This document shows positions 1 through 9,678 of a stretch of DNA of 64,000 nucleotides, in pieces. The stretch is from Candidatus Latescibacterota bacterium (GTDB lineage Bacteria > Latescibacterota > UBA2968 > UBA8231), in assembly GCA_965243025.1 (NCBI GenBank), contig CBDETY010000003.1, positions 6,464,001-6,528,000 of the forward strand, read 5' to 3'. Made by a program: the position numbers and the translations under genes. How positions within the stretch are numbered: position 1 is the first letter of the stretch; every line of letters begins with the position of its first letter. Under the pieces are notes generated by a model, which worked only from the letters and a program-made list of their open reading frames with translations, did not search any database and was not told where the DNA came from.

Positions 1-264
1 CTGGTCCCCCGGAAGCGGCCGCGGATGAAGGAGCTTGCTGCCGGCGCCTTCTGGGCCGCCCTGCTGTGGAAGCTCGCCGAATGGCTCTTCGGTTATTACC
101 TCGGCCATGCCGCTTCCATCGGGTACCTGTACGGAGCCTATTTCCTGTCGGTGGCGGTGGCCCTGTGGCTCTACTTCGCCTCCGTCGTCTTCATCGCCGG
201 TGCCGAAATCGCCCAGCTCCGCCACGAAAAGCGAGCCGGTTCCGGATCGGGAGGGCAGGTCTGA
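1..264 (+). CDS. YihY/virulence factor BrkB family membrane protein, 3' part (truncated by window start)
   Basis: Hydrophobic C-terminus ...YGA...LWLYFASVVFIAGAEI typical of YihY; frame is open from base 1. Confidence 0.8.
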   Translation: MVPRKRPRMKELAAGAFWAALLWKLAEWLFGYYLGHAASIGYLYGAYFLSVAVALWLYFASVVFIAGAEIAQLRHEKRAGSGSGGQV

Positions 265-308
265 CAGCCCGCTGATGAAGTTGCTCTGGAGAAGAGGCCG
301 CCGGGGCA

Positions 309-1148
309 CTAGGGATCGGCGCTTTTGGAAACCGGCTTCTCCGGGCCCTCCGAGCCGATGGCGCTGTTGACCAGCGCCGACAGGCCGATGCGGTAGAGCT
401 CCCCGAGGGCGGTCCCGGCCTGGTCGATCGGTGCGGGCCGCTGCCCGGGGTCGGCAAGCTGGCGCAGGGTCCTGTGGCGCAGGGCCCCGGCGAAACGGCC
501 CTTGTCGTCGATAACGGGGAGGGTGTGGAACTCCTTCCATGCGGGATGGACCAGCACCGAGGCGAGGGAATCCGCCATGCGCAGGCAGACCACGTCCCGC
601 TGCATGAGGGCGGCGACCCCGGCATCCTCCCCGGCCGTCAGCAGCTCCCGCAGGGTGAGGACCCCGGCCAGGGTCTGGTCGCGCTCGAGCACGTACAGGA
701 AGTGGGAAGCGCGCTCGGGGTTCGAGCGCACCCGGGCCAGGGCTTCCCCGGCCGATACCTCGGCAGGCAGGGTGTAGATCCTGGGCTCCATCAGGGCCCC
801 GGCGGTATCCTCCCGGCAGCGCAGCAGGAGCCGGAGGTGTCCTTGCGGTTCGGGCGCAAGCCGCTGCAGGACCGCATCCCGGGTCCCGGGGAGCAGGCGG
901 CGCAGGAGCAGGGCCGCCCGCTCCATGGGCGCTTCGGCCAGGGCCCCGGCGGCACGGCTGGGATCCATGCGCTCGAGGCAGCCTGCCGCCGTGCTCGCCT
1001 CCATGGTGTTGAGGAGGGAGGCGGCGAGCTCCGCCGGGATGTTCTCGAAGAAGGCTACCAGCTCGTCGAGCGAGCGGTTCTCCAGCACCCGGGCGGCCTG
1101 GTGGACGTGGCCGCGGACGAAGCGGTGGATCAGGGTCGAGCCGTCCAT
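309..1148 (-). CDS. MgtE N-terminal domain + CBS pair protein (no transmembrane domain)
   Basis: Helical MgtE_N-like repeats, EDTAGALM, YVLERDQTLAGVLTLRELL, LPVIDDKGRFAG CBS motifs. Confidence 0.8.
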   Translation of the reverse strand: MDGSTLIHRFVRGHVHQAARVLENRSLDELVAFFENIPAELAASLLNTMEASTAAGCLERMDPSRAAGALAEAPMERAALLLRRLLPGTRDAVLQRLAPEPQGHLRLLLRCREDTAGALMEPRIYTLPAEVSAGEALARVRSNPERASHFLYVLERDQTLAGVLTLRELLTAGEDAGVAALMQRDVVCLRMADSLASVLVHPAWKEFHTLPVIDDKGRFAGALRHRTLRQLADPGQRPAPIDQAGTALGELYRIGLSALVNSAIGSEGPEKPVSKSADP

Positions 1149-1153
1149 CCCTG

Positions 1154-1966
1154 TTACGTCTTCTCGACCAGCAGAATCGACGCCTGCTCGCTGAAGAGGG
1201 AGGCAGGCACCGAAACCCGTCCCTCACCGGTTTCCAGCAGGACCGAGGTGGCGGTTATGTCGACGATTTCCCCCTGGAAGTCCCCGACCCGCACCCTGTG
1301 GCCGACCCGGTAGGTCTTCTGGAGGTAGTAGGAGGCGAGGATGTTGGCCACCGTCCTGCGGGCCCCGAGGGCGAAGGTCAGGGCGGTTCCGAGCAGGGCG
1401 CTGCCGAGCACGAGGAGCAGGACGCTGGTCAGGAAGTCGACGTTCAGCCCCGCCTGGTCCACGGCGATCAGGGCGCTCACTACCAGGATCGACACCTGTC
1501 CGAAGCGCCCGAGGGCGCTGGCGTAGGCGATCCCGGTCGAGGCGATGAGATCCCGGATGAAGTGGCCGCCGAGGAGGCCGGCGAACAGGATGAGGACGGC
1601 CGCCAGCAGCCGGGGCAGGTAGAGGACGATGCCGCTGAGCCAGACCGAGATCACCGGCAGCCCCATGACTTCGGTGGCCGCGGTGATGAAGAAGAGCAGA
1701 ACCATCCAGAAGAGGACCCGGCCCGCCGTGCGCCCTGCCGAGTCCTGCAGGTCGGCTCCGCGCGCGAGGCGCCGCAGGCCCGGAACGAGGCGGTCGAGCC
1801 CGGCGAGCAGCCGCCTGCTGAGGGTTCGGGCAAGGAAGGCGAGCACCAGGCCCAGCAGCACCAGGGCGACGGCGCCGGCGATCCGGGGGGCGGTCCCCGA
1901 CAGGTTCTGCGCGAGGCCCCGGGCGAGTTCCTCGAGCTCCGCGGTCAGGTGCTGGAAGTTCGACAC
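1154..1966 (-). CDS. Small-conductance mechanosensitive channel family protein (TM-helix repeats, short MscS beta domain)
   Basis: YLPRLLAAVLIL TM-helix repeat; VANILAS..YRVGHRVRVGDFQGEIVDI MscS motif; GTG start. Confidence 0.75.
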   Translation of the reverse strand: MSNFQHLTAELEELARGLAQNLSGTAPRIAGAVALVLLGLVLAFLARTLSRRLLAGLDRLVPGLRRLARGADLQDSAGRTAGRVLFWMVLLFFITAATEVMGLPVISVWLSGIVLYLPRLLAAVLILFAGLLGGHFIRDLIASTGIAYASALGRFGQVSILVVSALIAVDQAGLNVDFLTSVLLLVLGSALLGTALTFALGARRTVANILASYYLQKTYRVGHRVRVGDFQGEIVDITATSVLLETGEGRVSVPASLFSEQASILLVEKT

Positions 1967-2135
1967 GGGATCCGGTCTCCTTCTTCAGATGGCGGTCCGG
2001 TGCTGGCTGGTTGCCGGTTCTTCAACCGGCCCCCGGTGCGGGGGGCAGGGGAGTTCGTACCGTGCCCTGTCAATTTCCTGCCATCCCCGGTCCATCCCGG
2101 GCGGCCGGCTCCTGAATCTCCCTTTCCGGGACAGG

Positions 2136-3785
2136 TCACTGGTCGCCCGCGCCGATCTTTTCCCGGGCCTCGAGGAGCTTGGCGACGACCGCTTCGATGT
2201 GCTCCTCGTCGACGAACGGGGACAGGATGTAGGATTTGAGGGCGACGATCGGCTCCTGGTAGCTGGTGTGCCGGTAGCAGTCGGTATGGGAGATGACGAC
2301 GCCGCGCCCGGCCATCGCCTCCTCGTGCACGTAGTCGGAAACCTTGCGGTTGTACTCGTTGCCGGCGAGCAGGCTGTCCCGCCAGGCCGGGTCGTCGAAC
2401 TCCCGGCCCTTGATGGCAAAGGTATCGACCCCGGGGGGATAGGCGCGAAACAGCGTCACCGTGCCGAAGTTGTCCCTGTTGAGCACGGTGGTGCCCTCGT
2501 GCCCTTCGAGATGCTCGCGCAGGAGCTGGGCCATCTCGACGAGGTGCCCGAGCACCGCCTGCAGTCCCTGCTCCCCGAAGAGGCGGAAGTTGGCCAGGGC
2601 GGACAGGGGCCCGGTCCCGGCTCTCGAGGTTTCGAGGGTGTACATGCCGGGACGGTGGTTGCCGAAATGATAGAGGTAGGGCATCTGCTCCTGGGGCCGC
2701 GTCACCAGCTGCAGGTCGTCGCGGTTCCTGACCAGCACGAGGCTGGAGACGTAGGGGGCGAAGCCGGTCTTGTGGAAGTCGACGCCGAGGGAGTCGGCCA
2801 GGGACAGGTGGCGAATGCGGCGGCGGGCGCCGGCCAGGGCGCGCACCGTGCGGGGGCGGAACCCCAGGGGATTGCCCTCGAAGTCGTACTCGTTGAAAAC
2901 CGACCAGGCCCAGCCGATGACGGCGTCGGCGTGGATGTGCGGGGAGTAGGGCAGCTCAAACTCCTCGACCAGGCTGTCCCGCAGGGCGGCGATCTCCTGC
3001 AGATCGTCGAGGCCGAAGGCGTCGGTGGTCCCGAGCGTCGCGATGATGGCGGCGATCTTCCTGCCCTCCGCCAGCGCTTTGCGGGCAGCCAGCCCGAGTT
3101 CGGCGAGGTCCATTTCGTTTTCCGCGGTCGTCGGAACCACGATCAGGTTGTCCGTACCTATTCCCAGCCACCCGGCGATGTTGGCGGCGCAGTAATGCCC
3201 GGCCTCGGAGACCAGCAGGACCGCGTCCTCGGACACCCCTTTGTGCATCGCCTGCGGGCAGGCCTTTTCGAGGCCGATCTTCACCCCGTAGAGAGTGGTT
3301 CCGGTGCCCCCGAAGGTGAACACGCCGCTCGCCTGTTCCGGGTCGTACCCGACCAGCCGGGCGGTGATGCCGGCGGCCTCGACCTCGGCCAGCGCCACGA
3401 GGCGGCTGTACTCGTCCCAGGCGACGTTGGGGTTGTGCAGCGCCGAGAGCAGGACGCCGATGAGGCTGGGGATGGTCGGCGGCGGAATGACGTTCTGCTG
3501 GGTGTGGGGATGGCCGAAGATCGTCATGCCCTGCAGGTAGCCGACGAGATCGGAGGTGACCTCCTCGATCGAGGAGGTCCCGGGCGGCAGGGCCGCCTTG
3601 CGCGCCTCGGCGAAATCCCCCGGAATAACCGAACCGAGGATCGGCAGGTGCGACTTCAGCGCGTCTACCTGGTCGAGGGCGCGCATGATCGAGTGCACGA
3701 AATAGGAGTCGTGGATCGGGTCGGACACCGGTTGCGGAAAGGCCAGCCGGATTTGTTCGAGGATGTCGCGGTAGGGTGCGGTCAT
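2136..3785 (-). CDS. Group II PLP-dependent amino acid decarboxylase
   Basis: GVFTFGGT, ATLGTTDAFGLD, HIHADAV, SLGVDFHK (PLP lysine). Confidence 0.88.
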   Translation of the reverse strand: MTAPYRDILEQIRLAFPQPVSDPIHDSYFVHSIMRALDQVDALKSHLPILGSVIPGDFAEARKAALPPGTSSIEEVTSDLVGYLQGMTIFGHPHTQQNVIPPPTIPSLIGVLLSALHNPNVAWDEYSRLVALAEVEAAGITARLVGYDPEQASGVFTFGGTGTTLYGVKIGLEKACPQAMHKGVSEDAVLLVSEAGHYCAANIAGWLGIGTDNLIVVPTTAENEMDLAELGLAARKALAEGRKIAAIIATLGTTDAFGLDDLQEIAALRDSLVEEFELPYSPHIHADAVIGWAWSVFNEYDFEGNPLGFRPRTVRALAGARRRIRHLSLADSLGVDFHKTGFAPYVSSLVLVRNRDDLQLVTRPQEQMPYLYHFGNHRPGMYTLETSRAGTGPLSALANFRLFGEQGLQAVLGHLVEMAQLLREHLEGHEGTTVLNRDNFGTVTLFRAYPPGVDTFAIKGREFDDPAWRDSLLAGNEYNRKVSDYVHEEAMAGRGVVISHTDCYRHTSYQEPIVALKSYILSPFVDEEHIEAVVAKLLEAREKIGAGDQ

Positions 3786-3951
3786 GCCTTCGCCTCTTCG
3801 GTCGGCGGTCTGCGGCGCATGTCGGGATGCCGGTGCCAGCTCGCCTGAGCAGGCGTGCGAACCAAAGCGCCGGATTCGCGCGAAACCGGGTGCGCTGGCA
3901 CTGCAATCTCAGACTCCCGCGCGCGCTTGCTGGATCCACGGCTTGGGGAAT

Positions 3952-5802
3952 TCAACGCAGGAAGAGCAGCTTGCGCGTCAGCTCGACGGCCCCGGTCTCC
4001 AGGCGGTAGAGGTAAACGCCGCTGGCCGCGAGCCGGCCGTTCAGGTCCAGCCCGTCCCAGTGGACCTTCCGGTGGCCGGCGGCGACCGGTCCCTGAAACA
4101 GGGTGCGGATCTTCTGGCCCCGGAGGTTGTAGACGTGGAGGGCGGCCTCGGCCGGGCGGGGGGCGTGAAAGGAGAGGACCGTTCCCCGGTTGAAGGGGTT
4201 GGGGTAGTTCTGCAGGAGGGCCCAGTCCGCGGGAGTCGACGCCGGGGAGCTGGCGGTCTCGACCGCGGTCGGACGGCGTAGGACTTCCGGCGGCCCGGAG
4301 GTGCGGAGCTGCTCGACCGTGGCGGCGGCCGGTTCGGCGAACGGCCGCGGGCCGCCGTCTTCAAAGGGGCGGGAGCGAACCTCGCGGCCGTCGGCGAGGG
4401 TGACGATCAGTTCCCATTCCTCGATCGGGGTGTCCTGGGAGCCGCCGCAGTCCCAGCGCGCCTCCGCCTCGCGGACATTGCCGACCCCGGGCAGGTCGGG
4501 GTTGTAGTCGAACATCGGGTCCACGGTCATCTCGTCGGCGGAAAGGGTGGTGTAGAGCCGGGTGAGGTATGGTTTTTGGTCGAAAACCTCCTGCATGTCT
4601 TCCAGCGGCTCGACGACGATCCGCTCCAGGTCGTCGGCCAGGGCTCCGGGGTCGAAGTCGAGATCCGCCGTCCACTGGTCGTAGGCGCGCATGTTGTTGT
4701 AGAAGGAGCTCTCGGCAATGTCCTGCAGCCAGCCCTCTTCCCGCGCCTCGTCCCGGGCATCGCGGTCCCCGCCGAACACCACTTCCAGCACCCCCTCCTC
4801 GAGCACCGCCGCCGGCATCGGGATGTGGCGGCGGATCAGGGTCTGCATCTGGGCGTCGCGGGGAAAGCCCTGCCGCAGGGCGGCTTCGAGGAAGTCGGCC
4901 GGGTGCGTCTTTCCGCGCAGCTCCTCGAGATCGAACACCGAGAAGACGAAATCGCCGACGATGCTGCTGGGGCCGGCGTAGTCGGTTACGAAGGCCTGGC
5001 CCCCGGCCTCGTTGGCTGCCTGGGTGACGACCTCGGGATAGTTGAAGCCGCCGCTGAACCAGTCGACCAGGGCCTCGTTGATCTGCACGTGCAGGTAGTT
5101 CTCCGGGATGGCGCGGTGCTCGGCCAGGACCCAGGCGAGGACCCCGAGATCGGGCTCGGTTGCCACCGCGGTGAGGCGGATCGGGATGCCGGGCGTCTCG
5201 GCGGCGTAGGTCATGGCGATCGGCTGCAGGTCGCCGACCTCGCTTTCGGCGGCGAGCTTGAGCGCGAGAAAGTAGAACCCCTCCTCGACGTAGGGGGTCA
5301 GGAGCGGGACCCCGAGGTCGCCGAGCTGGTAGTCGTTGTCGACGAGCCAGTCGACGATGGCTTCTGGATCCTCGGAGGTGATGACCGCGGTGTCGTACGG
5401 GCCGACCTGTTCCCGGGCAACCACCTCGACCTCAGCGGACTCGGCCGTGGCCATTGTGTCATCGGATCTGAAGACAATGGGCCCGAAGCCGCACTCCTCC
5501 TGCTCTTCGAAGTTCAACTGGAAGAAGGGCTGGGTGGCCAACTGCAGCTGGGTGAAGATCTGGTTGTGGCTAACGGCCAGCTCCGGCACCGAAGGCAGCG
5601 GCAGGATCCAGGCGAAGTCCGAGGCGGTGCCGCTGTAGAGGAGCTGGACGTGGGTGGTGACGGTGCCCTCTCCCTGAATGAAGAGGATGTTCTCCGCCAC
5701 CTGGTTCATCGGGAAGGTGGTGCAGAAGAAGCCGCCGCAGGCGCGGGCGGCCGGGGCCCCGAGCAGCAGGCAGAGGAACGCGGCATACAGGAATCGGGTC
5801 AT
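3952..5802 (-). CDS. DUF2330 domain secreted protein with C-terminal FlgD-Ig/T9SS-like domain
   Basis: Signal peptide MTRFLYAAFLCLLLGAPAARA|CGGFFC; FAWILPLP, VGPYD, IPIRLTAVA; C-terminus LQNYPNPFN...SGVYLYRL...KLLFLR; start moved to ATG 5802. Confidence 0.8.
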   Translation of the reverse strand: MTRFLYAAFLCLLLGAPAARACGGFFCTTFPMNQVAENILFIQGEGTVTTHVQLLYSGTASDFAWILPLPSVPELAVSHNQIFTQLQLATQPFFQLNFEEQEECGFGPIVFRSDDTMATAESAEVEVVAREQVGPYDTAVITSEDPEAIVDWLVDNDYQLGDLGVPLLTPYVEEGFYFLALKLAAESEVGDLQPIAMTYAAETPGIPIRLTAVATEPDLGVLAWVLAEHRAIPENYLHVQINEALVDWFSGGFNYPEVVTQAANEAGGQAFVTDYAGPSSIVGDFVFSVFDLEELRGKTHPADFLEAALRQGFPRDAQMQTLIRRHIPMPAAVLEEGVLEVVFGGDRDARDEAREEGWLQDIAESSFYNNMRAYDQWTADLDFDPGALADDLERIVVEPLEDMQEVFDQKPYLTRLYTTLSADEMTVDPMFDYNPDLPGVGNVREAEARWDCGGSQDTPIEEWELIVTLADGREVRSRPFEDGGPRPFAEPAAATVEQLRTSGPPEVLRRPTAVETASSPASTPADWALLQNYPNPFNRGTVLSFHAPRPAEAALHVYNLRGQKIRTLFQGPVAAGHRKVHWDGLDLNGRLAASGVYLYRLETGAVELTRKLLFLR

Positions 5803-6325
5803 GATAGGTGGCTCCCGTTTTCGCGACGAGAGGGCAACCGCAGGGTTGGTGAGTTTTGAATATGCGGCTATCGGGCGGCCGGGCAAACGAAACAGGAACC
5901 GGGAAGGGCCACCCCTGATCGGGACCTCCTCCCGCAGAAACCTGCCCTCGGCGATCCAACCCATGCGGCGGGCATGGCTTCGGCGGGGGACGGACCCTTG
6001 GGGGGCCGCTTCAGGCGCTTGCCCTTCAGCTCCAGGAGCGGCGAAACCAGTCGAGGCGGCCGGCACGGCCCTTCGGGGCATCCACCGAATCGCTCTCTCA
6101 TGCGCCCCCCGCGAGGTGGGCGGGCGCTGTCGGCTGGGCATGGGCCAACGTACATTTTCGCGGCTCCCGGTATGCGGCCCGATCTACCGTGAAACCCGGA
6201 CGTCCGGGCATCCCGGCCCGCCGGGTCGCCGTCGGGCGTGGTGTTCCCTTGTCAGGCAGTCCCTTTCGAGTCCTTCGGCCCCGCCGCGGATGAGCGGTCG
6301 GTCTGCCATCCCCAACCGTCTCTCC

Positions 6326-7327
6326 ATGTCCATTCCACTTCCCCAAATCCTGCCGATGCGCCCCTTCCTGCGCGAGATGGTCTGGGGCGGCCGGCGCCTC
6401 GAGCAGTACGGCAAGCAGCTGCCTCCCGGCGCCCTCATAGGGGAGTCGTGGGAGCTGTCTGCCTATCCCGGCATGGAGAGCAGCGTCGCCTCCGGGCCGC
6501 TTGGCGGCCGCTCCCTGCCGAGCCTGCTGGAGGAGTACGGAGAACAGCTGGTCGGAGGCCCCGCCTGGGAGGCCAGCGAAGGTCGCTTCCCGCTGCTCGT
6601 CAAGCTGATCGACGCCGGCGCCGACCTGTCGCTCCAGGTCCACCCCGACGACGAGTACGCCCGCAGCCGCGGTCTCGACCGCTTCGGCAAGATGGAGGCG
6701 TGGTACATGCTGGGGGCGACCACCGGCCGTTTCGCCGCGGGCCTGAAGAACGGGGTCACCCGGGAGGAGTTCTCGCGGGCCCTGGAGCAGGGGCGCGCCC
6801 TCGAAACGGTGGAGTTCCACGACGCCTGCCCGGACCAGGTGGTGTTCGTGCCCCCGGGGGTCGTCCACGCCGCCTGCGCCGGCATCATGATCTACGAGAT
6901 CCAGCAGTCGAGCGACGTCACCTTCCGCCTCTACGACTACGGCCGCGCCGGAGCGGACGGCAAGCCGCGCGAGCTCCACGTCGACCGCGGACTGGAGGTG
7001 ATCGCATTCGGGGAGGCGGCCCCGGCCCCGTTCCGGGTGGAGACCCGGCCGCCGGGGGGGTGCAGGGAACTGGTGCGGTCGGAGCGCTTCGACCTCGATC
7101 TCCACGCAGTCGCAGAGCGCGGCGGGCGGCTGGCGGCAGGGGACTCCTTTCTCTCCGTGACCGTCATCGAGGGGGGGCCGCTGCAGTACGCGGCCGGCGA
7201 CGGCAGCGACGGCCGCCTCGGCCTCGGAGAGACCGCCCTGGTGGCCGCCGGGGGAGAGGCGGCGGTCCGGGCGAGCCGCCCCACCAAGTGCCTGGCGGCT
7301 TCGCCGCCGGGAGGAGGCTGCCGGTGA
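6326..7327 (+). CDS. manA: Mannose-6-phosphate isomerase, type I
   Basis: VWGG, IGESWELS, FPLLVKLIDA..LSLQVHPDD, EIQQSSDVTFRLYDY. Confidence 0.9.
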   Translation: MSIPLPQILPMRPFLREMVWGGRRLEQYGKQLPPGALIGESWELSAYPGMESSVASGPLGGRSLPSLLEEYGEQLVGGPAWEASEGRFPLLVKLIDAGADLSLQVHPDDEYARSRGLDRFGKMEAWYMLGATTGRFAAGLKNGVTREEFSRALEQGRALETVEFHDACPDQVVFVPPGVVHAACAGIMIYEIQQSSDVTFRLYDYGRAGADGKPRELHVDRGLEVIAFGEAAPAPFRVETRPPGGCRELVRSERFDLDLHAVAERGGRLAAGDSFLSVTVIEGGPLQYAAGDGSDGRLGLGETALVAAGGEAAVRASRPTKCLAASPPGGGCR

Positions 7328-8403
7328 AATTCGTCGTCAGGGCCGGGGGAGCCGGCACCAGGCTGTGGCCCTTCAGCCGCAGGCGCCGGCCCAAGCAGTT
7401 CCACGCCATGACCGGGCCGCGCAGCATGATCCAGGAGGCGGTAGCCCGCGTGCGCCCGCTCGCCTCCGCCGAGGACCTCTTCGTGTCGACGGGAGAGGCG
7501 ACCGCCGGCTTCGTGCGCGAGCACCTCGCCGACCTCGGTCCCGGGCAGCTGATCGTCGAGCCGGCGCTGCGCAACACCGGGCCCGCGGTGGGCCTGGAGT
7601 GCGCCCTGCTCGAGGGCCGCTACCCGGGCTGCGTCGTCGCCAGCCTCGGGTCGGACCATTTCATCGGGGATCCCGCGGAGTTCCGGCGCCTGCTGAAGGC
7701 CGCTGAAGCCGCGGTCGAGGAGCACCCCGGTTTCCTGCTGACCATCGGCGTCGTGCCGACCCGGCCCGAGACCGGGTACGGGTACATCCGCAAGGGGGAG
7801 GTGCTCTGCGCGGTCTCGGGCAGGGCGGTCTACAGGGTGCCGGAGTTCAGGGAGAAGCCGGACGCGGAGGCGGCCGCGCAGTACGTCGAAAGCGGCGGCT
7901 ACCTGTGGAACTCCAACATGTTCGTCTGGAAGGCCGCCGCGGTTCTCGAGCTGTTCGAGCGCTTCGAGCCGGAGATCTTCCCCGCCCTCGCTGCGATCCG
8001 CGAGGCTGCCGCGGCCGGATCTCCCGAGGCGGCGATCGCCGATCTCTACCCCGGGCTGCCGTCGATCTCCATCGACCACGCGGTCCTCGAGCGCGCCCCC
8101 CGGGTGGCGGCCCTGGAAGGGGAGTTCGCCTGGGGGGACGTCGGCAGCTGGGCGGCCCTGACCGACGTGCTGCCCGCGGACGAGGACGGCAACCTGTTCT
8201 CCGGGACCGTTCTCGCCATCGACGCCCGCCGCGTCACCGCGTACGGCGGCCGGGAGAAGCTGATCGCCCTCGTCGGGGTGGAGGATCTCGTCGTCGTCGA
8301 CACCGAGGACGCCCTCCTCGTATGCCGCAAGGACCAGGCCCAGCGGGTCAAGGAAGTGCTCGACCGCCTCGGCTCCGACGGCGATCTCTCCCGATACAGC
8401 TGA
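7324..8403 (+). CDS. manC: Mannose-1-phosphate guanylyltransferase
   Basis: AGGAGTRLWPFSR..PKQF, EPALRNTGPA, PETGYGYI, FREKP, WGDVGSW; GTG overlaps manA stop. Confidence 0.9.
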   Translation: MKFVVRAGGAGTRLWPFSRRRRPKQFHAMTGPRSMIQEAVARVRPLASAEDLFVSTGEATAGFVREHLADLGPGQLIVEPALRNTGPAVGLECALLEGRYPGCVVASLGSDHFIGDPAEFRRLLKAAEAAVEEHPGFLLTIGVVPTRPETGYGYIRKGEVLCAVSGRAVYRVPEFREKPDAEAAAQYVESGGYLWNSNMFVWKAAAVLELFERFEPEIFPALAAIREAAAAGSPEAAIADLYPGLPSISIDHAVLERAPRVAALEGEFAWGDVGSWAALTDVLPADEDGNLFSGTVLAIDARRVTAYGGREKLIALVGVEDLVVVDTEDALLVCRKDQAQRVKEVLDRLGSDGDLSRYS

Positions 8404-8516
8404 CGCCCTCCGGATCCGCTGCCGAGGCATCTGGCCGGGGCCTGCGGCTCAGGACAACGCCTTCGTGCCCGGGGGGGATCCTGGACGCAGGGTTGCCCGG
8501 GCCGGCCAGAACGGCG

Positions 8517-9674
8517 TTATGACGGGCTCAGCTCGCGGATGAAGCGGCAGATCCGGTGCAGGCCTTCGCCGATCAGCTCCTCAGGGGAGGCGATGGAGAT
8601 GCGCACGTGGTCGGCGCACATGTTCCCGAAGGTGCTCCCCGGGGCCACCGCGACCTTGTGCTCGGAAATCAGCCGCAGGGCGAACGAGTGGGAATCGAGG
8701 CCGGTGGAGGAGATGTCGACGAGCAGGTAGAAGGCCCCTCCCGGCGTGTAGCGGTAGAGGCCGTACTCGCGCAGGATCCCCAGGGCGAGGTCCCGCCGCG
8801 CCCGGTACTGCCCGCACATGGCGCGCACGCAATCGTCCGGCCCCTCGAGGGCGGCGACCGCGGCCTTCTGCGCGAACCCGACGCCGCACGAGACCAGGGG
8901 CTCCTGCAGCTTGGCAGCCAGCTCGATGTAGTCGGCCCGCGCCCGCGTGAGACCGACGCGGAAGCCGGTCATGGCGAAGCTCTTCGACATCCCCGTCACC
9001 AGGATCAGGCGTTCGTCGGCGTCGTGCGGCAGGGCGCTGGCGTGGTCCCCGTCGAACACGATCTCCCCGTAGATCTCGTCGGACAGCACCCACAGGTCGT
9101 GCCTCCGCGCGAACTCCATCAGCTGACCGGTCAGTGACCGGTCGTGCACCTGTCCGGTGGGATTGGAGGGGTTGCACAGCAGCAGCAGCCTGGTGCGGTC
9201 CGACACCAGGGACTCCATTTCGTCGAGATCGGGGAGAAAGCTGCGCTCCGGGCGCAGGTCGTAGAAGACCGGCCTGCCGTGAAACAGCGACACCGCCATG
9301 GCGTAGTTGGGCCAGCCCGGATCCGGGAGCAGCACCTCGTCGCCGGGCTCGAGCAGGGAGAGGAAGGCGGTCGCGGCGCTCAGCACCGCCCCCTGGGTGA
9401 CCAGGATCTGCTCCGTGGCCGTGGTCACCCCCGTGCCGCGTTCGATGTAGCGGGCCGCGGCGGCGCGCAGGTCGTCGATTCCGGCGTTCGGCACGTAGCG
9501 GGTGTGGCCCTCGCGGGCGCCGCGGCAGGCCGCTTCGACGATGTGTTCCGGGGTGTCGAAGTCAGGCTGGCCGACCTCGAGGTGGATCGCCCCCTCGGTC
9601 GCCCAGGCGAGGTCCATGATTTCCCGGATCCCCGACCGCGGCAGCTCCGAGGGAATCCGGGCGAATGCCTTCAT
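8517..9674 (-). CDS. Class I/II PLP aminotransferase (aspartate aminotransferase-like)
   Basis: GQPDF, NPSNPTG, SDEIY, SKSFAMTGFRVG. Confidence 0.9.
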   Translation of the reverse strand: MKAFARIPSELPRSGIREIMDLAWATEGAIHLEVGQPDFDTPEHIVEAACRGAREGHTRYVPNAGIDDLRAAAARYIERGTGVTTATEQILVTQGAVLSAATAFLSLLEPGDEVLLPDPGWPNYAMAVSLFHGRPVFYDLRPERSFLPDLDEMESLVSDRTRLLLLCNPSNPTGQVHDRSLTGQLMEFARRHDLWVLSDEIYGEIVFDGDHASALPHDADERLILVTGMSKSFAMTGFRVGLTRARADYIELAAKLQEPLVSCGVGFAQKAAVAALEGPDDCVRAMCGQYRARRDLALGILREYGLYRYTPGGAFYLLVDISSTGLDSHSFALRLISEHKVAVAPGSTFGNMCADHVRISIASPEELIGEGLHRICRFIRELSPS

Positions 9675-9678
9675 GCCT

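Noticed and set aside
5803-6325. ncRNA or glycine riboswitch in the 520-bp divergent intergenic region
   Set aside because: Scattered CCGAAG/CTGAAG words but no CTCTCAGG core or other recognisable RNA family motif
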